From contig OX597822.1 of NCBI GenBank assembly GCA_951406725.2, forward strand, positions 16,616,001 to 16,680,000: DNA of 64,000 bases, in the 5' to 3' direction. Position numbers and translations under genes: made by a program. The notes below the pieces were generated by a model. That model saw nothing but the letters and a program-made list of their open reading frames with translations, had not been told where the DNA came from and ran no database searches. This stretch comes from Octopus vulgaris (taxonomy: Eukaryota). Below, one piece after another: positions 1 to 11,500 of the stretch (its first letter is position 1; every line of letters begins with the position of its first letter).

Positions 1-619
1 GAGTTTTGAAATATAAACTACCTAAATGAAAACACAATAAAAAAACCCTTCAGTGAGTAAAGATTAAACCATCTTATTGAGAGTTCTAGCTAACGAAACA
101 TTACACAATTCCTAGTATGACGATCTAGATTTTCTTCGTCATAAATATAATTTTTTTTAAATGATTTTGCAGTTCTTGAACGTTAAGTAATATTTCATGA
201 AGCTCTTCTTATCTAAAAACTTGTTTTAGTAAAAGCTCAGTGAAGATCCGAATCTCGGTTTGTCAGGATATAGTGTTAAACTGACTGACGCATTAAGTCT
301 ACCACCAAACTAGGCCTTGGTGGGGTTTCAATTACGAATGCAAAGAACGAGAACAAATATCAATATCATAGAATTCCGCCAATCCACCTCCTGAGATGGA
401 AAATTCTTTGATCGACCCCAAATGAAGGAAAGGTAAAAGTTGGTTTTTGCATGATTTGAACTCGGGGTGTTTTGAGTTGGAAGAATACTACGACGCATTC
501 TGTCAAACACTCTAATAACTCTGCCAGTTCACCTCAATATTCAATAAAATGCAAGACTTGAGAACTTTTGGGGATAGATTTTGTAATGCAGTGATGCCTT
601 AAACTCTTCAGAAGAGTTA

Positions 620-920
620 GAACTGGGAATATATGAATTAATGTTCGTCCGTCGGTTACGACAACAAGCTTTCCAGTTGATCCGATCAACGTGCAAGTGG
701 CCGAACACTCCACAGACACATGTACCTTTAACGTAGTTCCCAGCGGGACTCATCGTGACACAGAATGTAACAAGGCTGGACCCTTTCAAACTCATTTTTG
801 CCAGCTGAGTGGACTGGAGCAATGTGAAATAAAGTGTCTTGCTCAAGGACACAAGGTACCGCCAGAAATAGAACTCGCGATCATGACTCGAATTGCCGAA
901 CCACGAGCATTCAACGGGCA
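620..920 (-). mobile_element. tRNA-derived SINE (family C), diverged copy
   Basis: Minus strand reads ccttgagcaagacactttatttcacattgctccagtccactcagctggcaaaaatgagt then cttgttacattctgtgtcacgatgagtc; a homologous copy lies in + orientation at ~54890-55190 and a partial one at ~23930-24075. Confidence 0.6.
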
Positions 921-966
921 TGTGTGTGTGTATGTGTGTTATGATTAAAGGTTAAATTTAAATTTA

Positions 967-972
<6 letters not shown>

Positions 973-1029
<57 letters not shown>
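973..1029. repeat. (TA)n microsatellite
   Basis: Pure TA run. Confidence 0.95.
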
Positions 1030-1038
<9 letters not shown>

Positions 1039-1554
1039 ATGTGGTGGAATGTATATTATAATTAAAGTTTCGATTTGAATTTAGAACTCTAAAAATTTAA
1101 ACTGCGTTTTTGGGTATGTCCCAAGTAGTATGCCGGCAAAGCACGTTCAGTGTTTATGGCTACCTAGCGTCATCCACCGAAATTGGACAATCGTCGTTGG
1201 ATCGACGCGAGGAATTCTATAGCGCACGTTGAGTATAGTAGAAACAGTATGTCCCAAGTAGGGAGCTGTGCAAGATGTGTCGAAACGATTGTTGTGATAA
1301 ATAAAGTTTCTAGTATATTCCATCTTTTGAATGAATTGTTTCCACTATATTTGTGTGTGTGTGTGTGTGTATACACCTGGTTTGAACTATTGATAAATTG
1401 TGAATCATGGTGGGAACTAACAGAATAGTAGAATAGTCAGAACACCGGGAAAAACTGCAAAGCAAGATTTCGAATCGAGAACAAACCCCAAAATTACTTT
1501 CACAAAATAAATAAGCCAGTAGCAATATCAAGAAAATGACGAGTCTTTCTCCTC

Positions 1555-1605
<51 letters not shown>

Positions 1606-2617
1606 CTCCTTCCTCTCTTTTCCTGTCTTTCTAATCTTCTATATCTTTATGCTTTCTACGTCTCATCCTTCCCCAAACATATTTACGCACGTCGAGAGTA
1701 TGCTTACTGTCACGCATTCATAAACGAACTAATCATAATTGATAATAAAGACGGTACAGCAAGCAGCCATATGTACTTGTATGTATATAGACTTACGTGT
1801 AAGCATACGGTCGTCTTGTCATATTTTTAAGGAGACATACTATTACCTAAAGTCACGACATTGAGAATTAGAAGAGCAGATTTATCTATGCACCAACCAC
1901 ACCTACCTAGTCATTCAAATTATCTAGTTTGTCGGATGTTGATATTTCTTAATTTTACTGATGTCAGTCATGTCGACACATCAGCTTCAAGACATAACTT
2001 GCTTCCACCGGTTCATGTAAGTTCATTCTGCCGGTTTCAACAAGGAGAAGAAACCGATTTACGGCGAAGAGTTCGATGGGTGAGTTAATCCGTCAGTCGA
2101 TTTATTACTACAAGACGGCCGTTTGGGTTCATTCTGGAAGTCTTGAGAGAACACTTTTACAAGCATGCAAGCCAAGTGTCTGGTCTGATGATATTTCCTT
2201 TTTCTTCCTTCACTAATAAAACACACACACATGCTTACATACATGTGTGTGTGTTCGTCAATGTGTGTATGTGTGTGATACATATACACATCTTTGTTAC
2301 AGAAACCAATGCCGATACACTTCCTGTGATATATTTAGCTGGAAGTTCAATAAAAGGTGCGTAGATATTTGTAGAATAACCCGATATAACCTGGTGTTGT
2401 GAAAGTGAGAGGCAGCTTTTTAAAATACCCCATTCACGTTTGATAAGTACAACCTCATTAGACAATTAGTGTTACTTAGAATCGCTTTCTTTATTACTTA
2501 TATAAGTCAGGAGTTGTTAAAATTGGGTATATCCACCCACGCACACACATGTGTGAGTGTATTAATACTTCTTTTTATATGACTACATATTTTAAGTTCA
2601 GGAACACCCAGTTTTCG

Positions 2618-2698
<81 letters not shown>

Positions 2699-2716
2699 GT
2701 ATCTATAAATAAATAA

Positions 2717-2760
<44 letters not shown>

Positions 2761-2764
2761 ATAA

Positions 2765-3378
2765 CTTCGAAAACTTAAATAAAACTTAGATATGTTTCGA
2801 CGAAAGATTGGTCCAGGCCATGTCTAACGTAATAGCACCACCTGATAGGATTATCTAAATCCTGTTTAAGTCAAGTTTTGTTATGATCCATTCAAGTAGT
2901 GAGTTCTTGTTGAGTGAATTGTATCCAGGTATGGGTGGTTTATCTAGTATTCCTTGAAGGAATCTGCCCAGACTCCATTTAAAGATGATGGGATCATTTT
3001 CCTTTTGATCTCTTTCGGCACAATGTTATACAGGGCAGGGCCTGTTGAGGAAAAAAAATTATGTCGCAGTGTACCTATATGCTGTGATCTTGAATTGGGC
3101 AGGGGCGCGTATGGCCCGTGGTCCCAGCCTTGGATGAACCTTGAAACTAATGTTCAGGTCGTTTGGGCAATGCTGGCGGTATATTCTCCACATCGTACAA
3201 ATGATGTACCGCTCGCGGCCGCGCTGGAGAGAGTAGAGTCTCAAGGCTTTAAAACGGTCCCAATAATCGAAATCAGTCATGCCTTCAATTTGTTTAGTGA
3301 GTGTCCTCTGGGTGATTCAATCCTCGAGATGTTTTGTTTTGTATGAGGAGACCATAAGGGACAGCGGTATTCGAGGAG
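2765..3378 (-). mobile_element. 5'-truncated CR1/L2-group LINE, 3' end of ORF2 plus 3' UTR (degenerate)
   Basis: Minus translations LEYRCPLWSPHTKQ and DYWDRFKALRLYSLQRGRERYIICTMWRIYRQHCPND match the C-terminus of the ORF at 25589-26572 and the copy at 63412-63990; frameshifted. Confidence 0.85.
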
Positions 3379-3610
3379 TAGAATGATGATACCCTTGTCC
3401 ATGGTATATAAATTCCGATTAGAGTTCATATTTTGTCATTACAAATGGAAAGTGTGCAGATGTAGATACCATGTACTGTTCATTCAAAGGGATCTTGTGG
3501 TGTGAATGAAAATTTGAGAATTTAGTGGTAGTATTAAGTGGATAGATAGGGGCAAAGGAAAAGGTGAAAAAAATAAAGAAAGAAAGAGGAAGAGAAATAC
3601 ATATTATATG

Positions 3611-3652
3611 CATACATACATACATACATACATACATACATACATACATACA

Positions 3653-3680
<28 letters not shown>
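3611..3680. repeat. (CATA)n microsatellite
   Basis: Pure tetranucleotide run. Confidence 0.95.
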
Positions 3681-3685
<5 letters not shown>

Positions 3686-3989
3686 CCAGATGAGCACAGT
3701 TTTTTCCCTGATACAAAGTGAGATGTAAACGGTTTGGGGTATGGCTAGATTGTGAATATTCTACTCTAAACCAAATTTTATTGACAACATGCGTGGTTGT
3801 TGCCATTAAAATGTGCTGTCAAGTGCAGTGTTTCATTAATATGCAAGGACAACGTCTTGTACAATTTGATCAACGAGTGACATTCTAACCGTAGATATTT
3901 GTTTTCTTAAAGTGACTCCTTGCGATACAGAGTAGTTGATTTTACATTGGCAACGAGCGAAGTGTGTAATAGAAAACTTATATATTTAA

Positions 3990-4700
3990 TGATTTAATGT
4001 TACATCCTTGTACGGTAACAGATAATACAACTTTAAACGCTGACATTGCTTTCCTATAAAAATGCTGCAAGATCGACTGAACAAAATTTTAACAAGAACA
4101 TCTAAGAAAGGTCTTGATACTTTTGATGAGAAGTCTGGTAATTTAAATATATGATAATCTAAATGTTCAAATCAACAAGACCGTTTCTTTGCGTCAAAAT
4201 GCTGGATAAGTAGCTTTCAAGATGATCAAGTGTATCGAGAGAAAGAAGCAGAGATGACAGGAATACGGATGATTTTCTTTCGGTTGTAAAATTAAACTGA
4301 AACTTAAGAGAAATCTACGTATCACAAGACTAACATACTTAATACATGAAGACTCGCGATTGATGATAAATAGCTGTCGCTGCTATCAGATCAGATCTGA
4401 GAACAAATTGAATTCCCAAGGCAATCGTAATTCCGTGCAGGTTTAATATTATAACATTAAAGAGTTAGAAAACGAAGAAGTTGTGGTGAAATCCATTATT
4501 TTTTATACTTGGAAACAGAGATTAACCTTGAGTGTCCTACACAAGATTACAACTAATTATTCATCGTATCCATACATGCATCAAAGTGTTGAAACATTCA
4601 AACCAAAGCTATTTGAAAACCACAAAGCGTTGTACAAGAAACGACAGATCAGATTTTATGAACACTCACTTGAAATATATTCTAGATATCAAAATATGGA
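3990..4700 (+). mobile_element. Very old RTE-like LINE remnant (tentative)
   Basis: Scattered peptides resembling RTE ORF2 (MLQDRLNKIL; VVKS followed by a YLG-like segment; KPKLFENHK...IRFY) broken by many stops and frameshifts. Confidence 0.35.
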
Positions 4701-6977
4701 GTATATAAAGAACATATTTGATTAACTGCATGTATTTTCACAAATATTTATTTCAGTAACAGCATAAGTTCTTCGGTCTCTCGACATCATAGGTTGTTTA
4801 GTTGTCTTCGACACCATGGTTTCATATTAGGTGAGAGGTCGATATTTTAATGGCCAAATCTGAGGAGGAAGGGAACCACCCATAACTTTTACAGAGTCTC
4901 CAATATTGGTTCAGGGAAAGGTGGGACTTATATCCAGACCAGAGATCCGACCCAAGTAACAGAGTTGACCCTGCTACAGTCAGCCATGGTTGAGCGGCGG
5001 TTTCAAATAGGTGGATGGAATAAGTCTGTCACCCAACAGCAACCCCTCCATCTAACTGGCTTCCATGTAGTTTCGATCGACTAATTTCCATTAACACGGC
5101 TTTGGCCAAGCCGAGGTTATAGTGGATAACTTTTGTTCAACGCGCAGTGCCATGGGATTGAATCCGAAAACATTCAGGTTGCAAGCAAACTTCTTAAACA
5201 CAAAACCGTGACTGCGCTCACAGATGCATATTATTTGCATGTAAACTAAAAAAAAGATGGCGATAAAGAAATAATGAGTTTAAAGCCGAAAGCACTTTTG
5301 AATGCGATAAGATGCGGTAGCGTCGTAATATCAGCTCTACCCTCAACTCGGTTGCACTAAATGATGAAACATTTTCATCGCTTATATGTTCGCTTTATAG
5401 CTATGGAACAACAAACTTGAGATAACGTTAGGTGAAAATAAATGCCTGATAATATTTGTGAGCTGCTGGTAGTTTGAAGGAGAATAAAACTAAATTATAT
5501 ATTCATCTACGTTCCTTCTCTTCCGTGCACCAAAAGAAGAACATCTGAGACGCTTTATCAAGGAATAAGATGCTATACAGTTAAAAGACATAAAGATAGT
5601 TTCCAGTTTTCAAAAGATACAAACTCGTACGATACTAACTGACATGTCTCACTAGCAATATGTAAATATTTGCCTACATATAAATTGTATGTTCTCACTA
5701 AAATGCATATACATATATACACATATATACAGTACATGTATGCATGCATGTATGTGTGTATATATATATTTAGTTAAATGTATATATTCATGTATGCAAC
5801 AATGCATGCATATTTATGTATGCATATAAGCATTCCACATTATAACACAAATCTATAGGCCCATCGATACATAAATGCATACAAATATATAGAAACATTT
5901 TTCCTTACATAAAATTACACATGGATAAATGAATAACATCCTATGGTTTCCTTGTGATAATTTTCACCAACTAAGTACGGAATTCAATCAAATTCCAGCA
6001 TTTTATCGTTTGACAAAAGCAGTATATCTCCATATCAGCGATTCCATGCTGCACTGTGAATTGCTTCGCTTGGATATACTTACATAAAACCACAAATTCA
6101 ACCGATAGAATTACTTCAGACAGAATAATCTGCAATTCTTAAAAGTATGTCTCCTTCCTAATAACACCATCGCTTCTGCTCGCAAAGTATCTGCTTAAAC
6201 ATAATTTTCTTTGTCATGCAATCTTCTATTCAATCAATCCAGGTTTCAGCTAGATTACTTAAAATTTATGATCTGTAAATAAATGTTTACTAATTGAATT
6301 GCTGTTTGGATTGTTTCTCTAACTCTAATGTGAGTCATATTCTTCTATTGTCTTTTAGTGGATTCAGTTAACGGGCAGTGGCCATGCTGGAGCGTGGCAT
6401 TTTAAGGCTTTAGTTGATTACTTTGCCTCCAGTACTTTTCCTAATACTTATTCTTATTTCCTCGTTGTCGTACAATGCAAAACGAAGAAGGAGATTTAAT
6501 TCAGCGGAACATGCTACCAAGTACTTATGTTCGAATGTACCGATTTTCACCCCACATTGGGATATATGGCTTATACACTAAAGTTATTATAGCATAATGA
6601 AGGATGCGAAACGGCCGTAATCCTAAGGACAGCAGGTGGCTAAATAAATATATTCACCTCTCATACCTGCTGACTCTTTGAGTTTACAAACAGCTCATGA
6701 AATAATTTCATTGATTGGATCTACTGGATTTCAACTAGATGTATACACGCATACATACATACATACATACATACATACATACATACATACATACATACAT
6801 ACATACATACATGCATACGTACATGCATATATACATACATACATGTGTATGTGTAACGAGGAATACCTAAGCTTAGAATTGGTGGTATACCATAATACTG
6901 CCGGCTATCTGGTAATTCTAAGAGTGAACGAGCTCTATTTTGTATTCTAATACGTTCTTAACGGAATACACCTTAAC

Positions 6978-7032
<55 letters not shown>

Positions 7033-7089
7033 GAAATATTAAAATTACTAAGTCTCTCTAAAAGAGAACAACGGCAGCGTTCCCGGAAA

Positions 7090-7344
7090 ATATTAGTTAT
7101 CGCCATACTAATATGGCATTCTTATAAAAATAAGAATAAAGCTGACCGCTTATTAGCTCCATGAGGCCATCGCCTTAAGTTAGCTATTTGATACACAAAC
7201 TGTATCCATATAACCTTTGTTCAAAGGTTATATGGATACAGTTTGTGTATCAAATAGCTAACTTAAGGCGATGGCCTCATGGAGCTAATAAGCGGTCAGC
7301 TTTATTCTTATTTTTATAAGAATGCCATATTAGTATGGCGATAA

Positions 7345-7351
<7 letters not shown>
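7090..7351. repeat. Perfect inverted repeat, 130-bp arms with 2-nt loop, between (TA)n tracts (probable inverted PLE terminus)
   Basis: 7090-7219 is the reverse complement of 7222-7351; centre taacctttg-tt-caaaggtta. Confidence 0.95.
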
Positions 7352-7411
<60 letters not shown>

Positions 7412-7414
<3 letters not shown>

Positions 7415-7693
7415 GGAATAAAACGCGCCAAAGAACTAGACAATATTACACTGAAAACCACCCAACCTAACACCACACACAACCCCAAAATACTTCCATA
7501 CATTTCCACCCACACCCCCAAAAATATCGAAGCATACACCACAATCATACAAAACCTCAGTCTACTGTCAACAGACCCAAAAATGAAAAACATTATAAAT
7601 GCACACAAAATCCTCAAATGTAAAAGGCAACACAAATTTTTAAAAACTCTTGACAAATGCCAAACTTCACACGCCACATCCACCCCCAGCAGT
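7412..7693 (+). mobile_element. Penelope-like element ORF fragment (linker between RT thumb and GIY-YIG endonuclease)
   Basis: Frame from 7412 reads YGIKRAKELDNITLKTTQPNTTHNPKILPYISTHTPKNIEAYTTIIQNLSLLSTDPKMKNIINAHKILKCKRQHKFLKTL, resembling the PLE linker pattern IP(F/Y)xxTHNP...L..DP...RQPxNLK; flanked by (GA)n/(TA)n; no ATG so absent from the ORF track. Confidence 0.75.
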
Positions 7694-7716
7694 TAAAAAA
7701 AAATATATATATATAT

Positions 7717-7822
7717 AAACAATTGCAGCGTGGAAGGTGTTTGTAAGCCATTTAAAAAACACACAAAAGCTTTTGTGTGTTTCTTAAATGGCTTACAAAC
7801 ACCTTCCACGCTGCAATTGTTT
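7717..7822. repeat. Loopless palindrome, 53-bp arms, 1 mismatch, inside a (TA)n-flanked insert
   Basis: Centre acacaaaag|cttttgtgt at 7769/7770. Confidence 0.95.
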
Positions 7823-8080
7823 TCGTTCTAGCACACGATCTCAGATCAAATCACTTGCTATGCAAATACATCTCCGTAATATATATATATACATATACAT
7901 ATACATATACATATATAAATACATATACATACATACATATATATATATATACATGTATACATATATATATGTATGTGTATGTATGTCTATATTCTTTTAT
8001 TTGTTTCAGTCATTTGACTGCAGCCATGCTGGAGCACCGCCTTTATATTCATAGACGGCACTAAAGTGACTGACGATACC

Positions 8081-8425
8081 AAGTGGTACCGGCATTACTA
8101 GAAATGAGAGTCAAAACAGCTCAATTGTCACAAATCCACTAGTGACGTCTATAAATTCGCTTTTAGGATGTTAAATTGCCAATAGGTCACCCATATTATT
8201 TATAGTTTTCACTTTTACCGTTTTTGAAATCGGCGTATGGGTTCAACGGTTTGCTTATAAGCTGACATGGCGCAGAAAGAGCCACTGATGAGAATTAAAA
8301 TGCTCCGCTTTGGTGACCTGGCTACGTCCGCTAGGGAACTTATCTCCATTATTAGTAATTAAGATAGTGCATTTGTTGCTATTCAGATGTTTTGACTCTC
8401 ATTTCTAGCAATGCCGGTACCACTT
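8081..8425. mobile_element. Fold-back element with ~38-60 bp inverted termini (MITE or inverted PLE terminus)
   Basis: aagtggtaccggcattactagaaatgagagtcaaaaca (8081-8118) vs tgttttgactctcatttctagcaatgccggtaccactt (8388-8425), 1 mismatch, with degenerate inward extension; abuts (TG)n. Confidence 0.7.
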
Positions 8426-8438
8426 TTTACTCTCTGTG

Positions 8439-8490
<52 letters not shown>

Positions 8491-8670
8491 TGTGTGTTTG
8501 TGTGAATTGATGTGTAGGTGAATCTGAGTATATTTATACGAAGTCATTATTCAGTTTTATTTCATGATTTTTTGGCAACAGAGAAAGAGCCGGTTTCTAA
8601 CCTAGATCCAAGGCTCCTTCATTGTAATTTCAAAATCAAAAACAGGGTATTTTTGTATGTATCTATGTGT

Positions 8671-8834
8671 GTGAGGAGCGTGTTTATTGGACACCCTGCG
8701 GGATGAAAAACAAAACCCGTCAAAGGGCGGAGAAACTCTTGAGAATCAACGGCCATCCAATAAATGTCTTAAGGCTGCATCATGCGCGGGGACATAGAAA
8801 TAATCGGACTGAATACCCGATCGCGCGGTTAAAC
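8671..8834 (+). mobile_element. Partial copy of the non-autonomous element at 38600-39150
   Basis: Near-identical reverse complement of ~38886-39048. Confidence 0.85.
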
Positions 8835-9149
8835 TATTCATCAACCTCATGTATGTGAATATGGTCAAAGTAAAGCACTTCGACATTTGGTGATTAATAG
8901 AAATTACCGAAGGGATATGATACGACATTCAAAGGCACTTTGGATCGATGTTAACCCTCTGCCACTTCGTCTTCGTTATATGTAGATGTGTGGTGACTAT
9001 TATCTTCCGAGTTATCACATCAATGACCTGGATCTCATCAAGTCTCCAATCAAGCAGCCTAAATGTTCGTATGAGTACTGGTACCGAAAATACTGTGGTG
9101 TTTTATTGAATGCACAAAGTTCCGAAGTTCAAATTTTCTTTATTCGACT

Positions 9150-9395
9150 CTAATATTCTTTAGTGACACATGTTTTGTTACCAGTGCCATTGTAAGATGT
9201 TTTCATCCACCCCGAGATACTTTCCTCATCCACTCCTAAATAACATTCCTCATCAGATACAGGGGAAACAGTCAAGTCATTAATGGAACTGTTGCTAGTC
9301 TGGTTTACAGTTTTCCCTCTTTTCACAACCATGTAGCAACGTTTATCCCGACCAAACTCCACCCCTGTATCCTTTGAGAATGTTGTAACCATTAT
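9150..9395 (-). mobile_element. Degraded R4/Dong-type LINE RT fragment
   Basis: VTTFSKDTGVEFGRDKRCYMVVKRGK...EECYLGVDE resembles the FSxDIGMxFGxDKC...YKYLG segment of R4-clade RTs. Confidence 0.65.
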
Positions 9396-9404
9396 GCAAA
9401 TATG

Positions 9405-9561
9405 CATGTATGTGTTTATGTGTGTATGTATGTAGTAATGTACATGTGTATGTATGTAGTAACGTATGTATGAATGTATGTATGTATGCATGTATGTATG
9501 TATGTATGTATGTATTATGTATGCATATGTGTATGTATGTATGTATGTATGTATGTATGTA

Positions 9562-9592
<31 letters not shown>

Positions 9593-10085
9593 ATGTATGT
9601 ATGTATGTATGTATGTATGTATGTATGTATGTATGTGTGTATGAATGTATGTATGTATGTATGTATGTATGTGTGTATGTATGTATGTATGTATGTATGT
9701 ATGTATGTATGTATGAATGTATGTATGTATGTATGTATGTATGTATGTATGTATGTATGTATTATGTATGTATGTATGTATGTATGTATGTATGAATGTA
9801 TGTATGTATGTATGTATGTATGTATGTATGTATGTATGTATGTATGTATGTATGTGTGTATGTATGTATGTATGTATGTATGTATGTATGTATGTATGTA
9901 TGTATGTATGTATGTATGTATGTATGTATGTATGTATGTATGTATGTATGAATGTATGAATGTATGTATGTATGTATGTATGTATGTATGTATGTATGTA
10001 TGTATGTGTGTGTGTATGTATGTATGTATGTATGTATGTATGTATGTATGTATGTATGTATGTATGTGTGTGTGTATGTATCTAT
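9405..10085. repeat. ~680-bp (TATG)n array
   Basis: Long tetranucleotide array with recurrent gaat, gtgt and ttat interruptions. Confidence 0.97.
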
Positions 10086-10581
10086 GCACGGATGAATGGG
10101 TGGATGGATGTAGGATGGGCTTTGGCAGAGTTTACGTCGGTCAAATTTCACAAAATATTGTTTGACTCGAGTCTTTGATATATTTGCCCAGAAATTGCCA
10201 CGCAATGAAATCAAAGCGGAAACCTTGTAGTTTTAAATCGAACTTTTTACCCAATCATCCGAATCTGCTCCCACAATATAATTTAATTTATAATTCATCC
10301 AGTTTAGAGTTCCTAACAGTTGTGACATTTCCTCTTTGTTTTGACTATAATTGTTGCAATTAACGCTGAAAATATCTCTGTATCAGCAGCACTTCATCAT
10401 GTGTGAGAGTTATATTCCATTGCGATGTTTAGATGAGCGTTGTGGTCAGTCGGTAACTGTTCTAAAAGATTTCGTAGCTATAAAAAAGGAGGCATAGTCT
10501 CAGAAATGTCATTTTTGCTTTGTTATAAATGTGAGATTACCAAGAGATATCAAAGGTTGTGTGGCCTAACATTTATAATGA

Positions 10582-10778
10582 CTTTACTCTTTTACTCTTT
10601 TACTTGTTTCAGTCATTTGACTGCGGCCATGCTGGAGAACCACCTTTAGTCGAGCAAATCGACCCCCGGGACTTATTCTTTGTAAGCCCAGTACTTATTC
10701 TATCGGTCTCTTTTGCCGAACCGCTAAGTGACGGGGACGTAAACACACCAGCATCGGTTTCAAGCAATGCTAGGGGGA

Positions 10779-10832
<54 letters not shown>

Positions 10833-10992
10833 CGACAGGCTTCTTTCAGTTTCCGTCTACCAAATCCACTCACAAGGCATTGGTCGGCCTGAGGCTATAG
10901 CAGAAGACACTTGCCCAAGATGCCACGCAGTGGGACTGAACCCGGAACCATGTGGTTGGTTAGCAAGCTACTTACCACAGAGCCACTCCTGC
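10582..10992 (-). mobile_element. tRNA-derived SINE family A, full length
   Basis: Head with Pol III A box (tggctctgtgg) and B box (ggttcagtcc), internal (TA)(TG) microsatellite, tail gaaacaag(taaaagag)n; highly similar to the copies at 17046 and 45955. Confidence 0.92.
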
Positions 10993-11169
10993 GACTTTGA
11001 GAGTTTTAATTACATAACAGTTGGCGGGTAGAAGCTTTCACTCTTGCAATATGCACTGGTTGTACATTGTTGCTGTTCAAAGAGATGGAATTGGCTTTTA
11101 TTTCCTACTGGGAAATGCTTTTGCAAGGGTTCTAATCAGTAAAGAGTTTCAGGTTTGTCGCAGTATACC

Positions 11170-11500
11170 TAGGTTACATTCGGATGATGTTTGTGTACAG
11201 AAAATGTAGGTGGGATTAAGACTGGTATCATTTGAATAATAGTGGGCATGGCTAAAAGCGTCAATAATTAGTTCATTAATATACAGGAGAAAAGTTTAGG
11301 TAACAGAGCTGAACCTTGTGGCTGACCAAAGATTATAGAATTGAGAGTTCTAGAGATTTATCTAGAATCATTGCGAAGATTGCATCTGACAGGAAGTTTC
11401 GAACACAAGAGTTTAAAGATGAATGAAAACAATATAAAGGTAGTCTTTTTAGTTCGGATATGGTTGTGCTTGAGACGGGTAAATAATTTGCTGATCTCAC
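11170..11500 (-). mobile_element. Degraded LINE reverse-transcriptase core
   Basis: Minus: RLPLYCFHSSLNSCVRNFLSD...GQPQGSALLPKL(fs)LLYINELI...HYYSNDTSL, a decayed GVPQGSxLxPxLFxxYINDL...YADD. Confidence 0.65.

Noticed and set aside
2954-3346. 130-aa plus-strand ORF
   Set aside because: Antisense shadow of the LINE fragment; likewise 26275-26646, 28612-28938 and 28935-29435
9343-10214. Long ORFs (up to 251 aa) of YIHT/MYVC repeats
   Set aside because: Translations of (TATG)n; the same applies to the YI, CV, SL, poly-I and poly-L ORFs throughout the window
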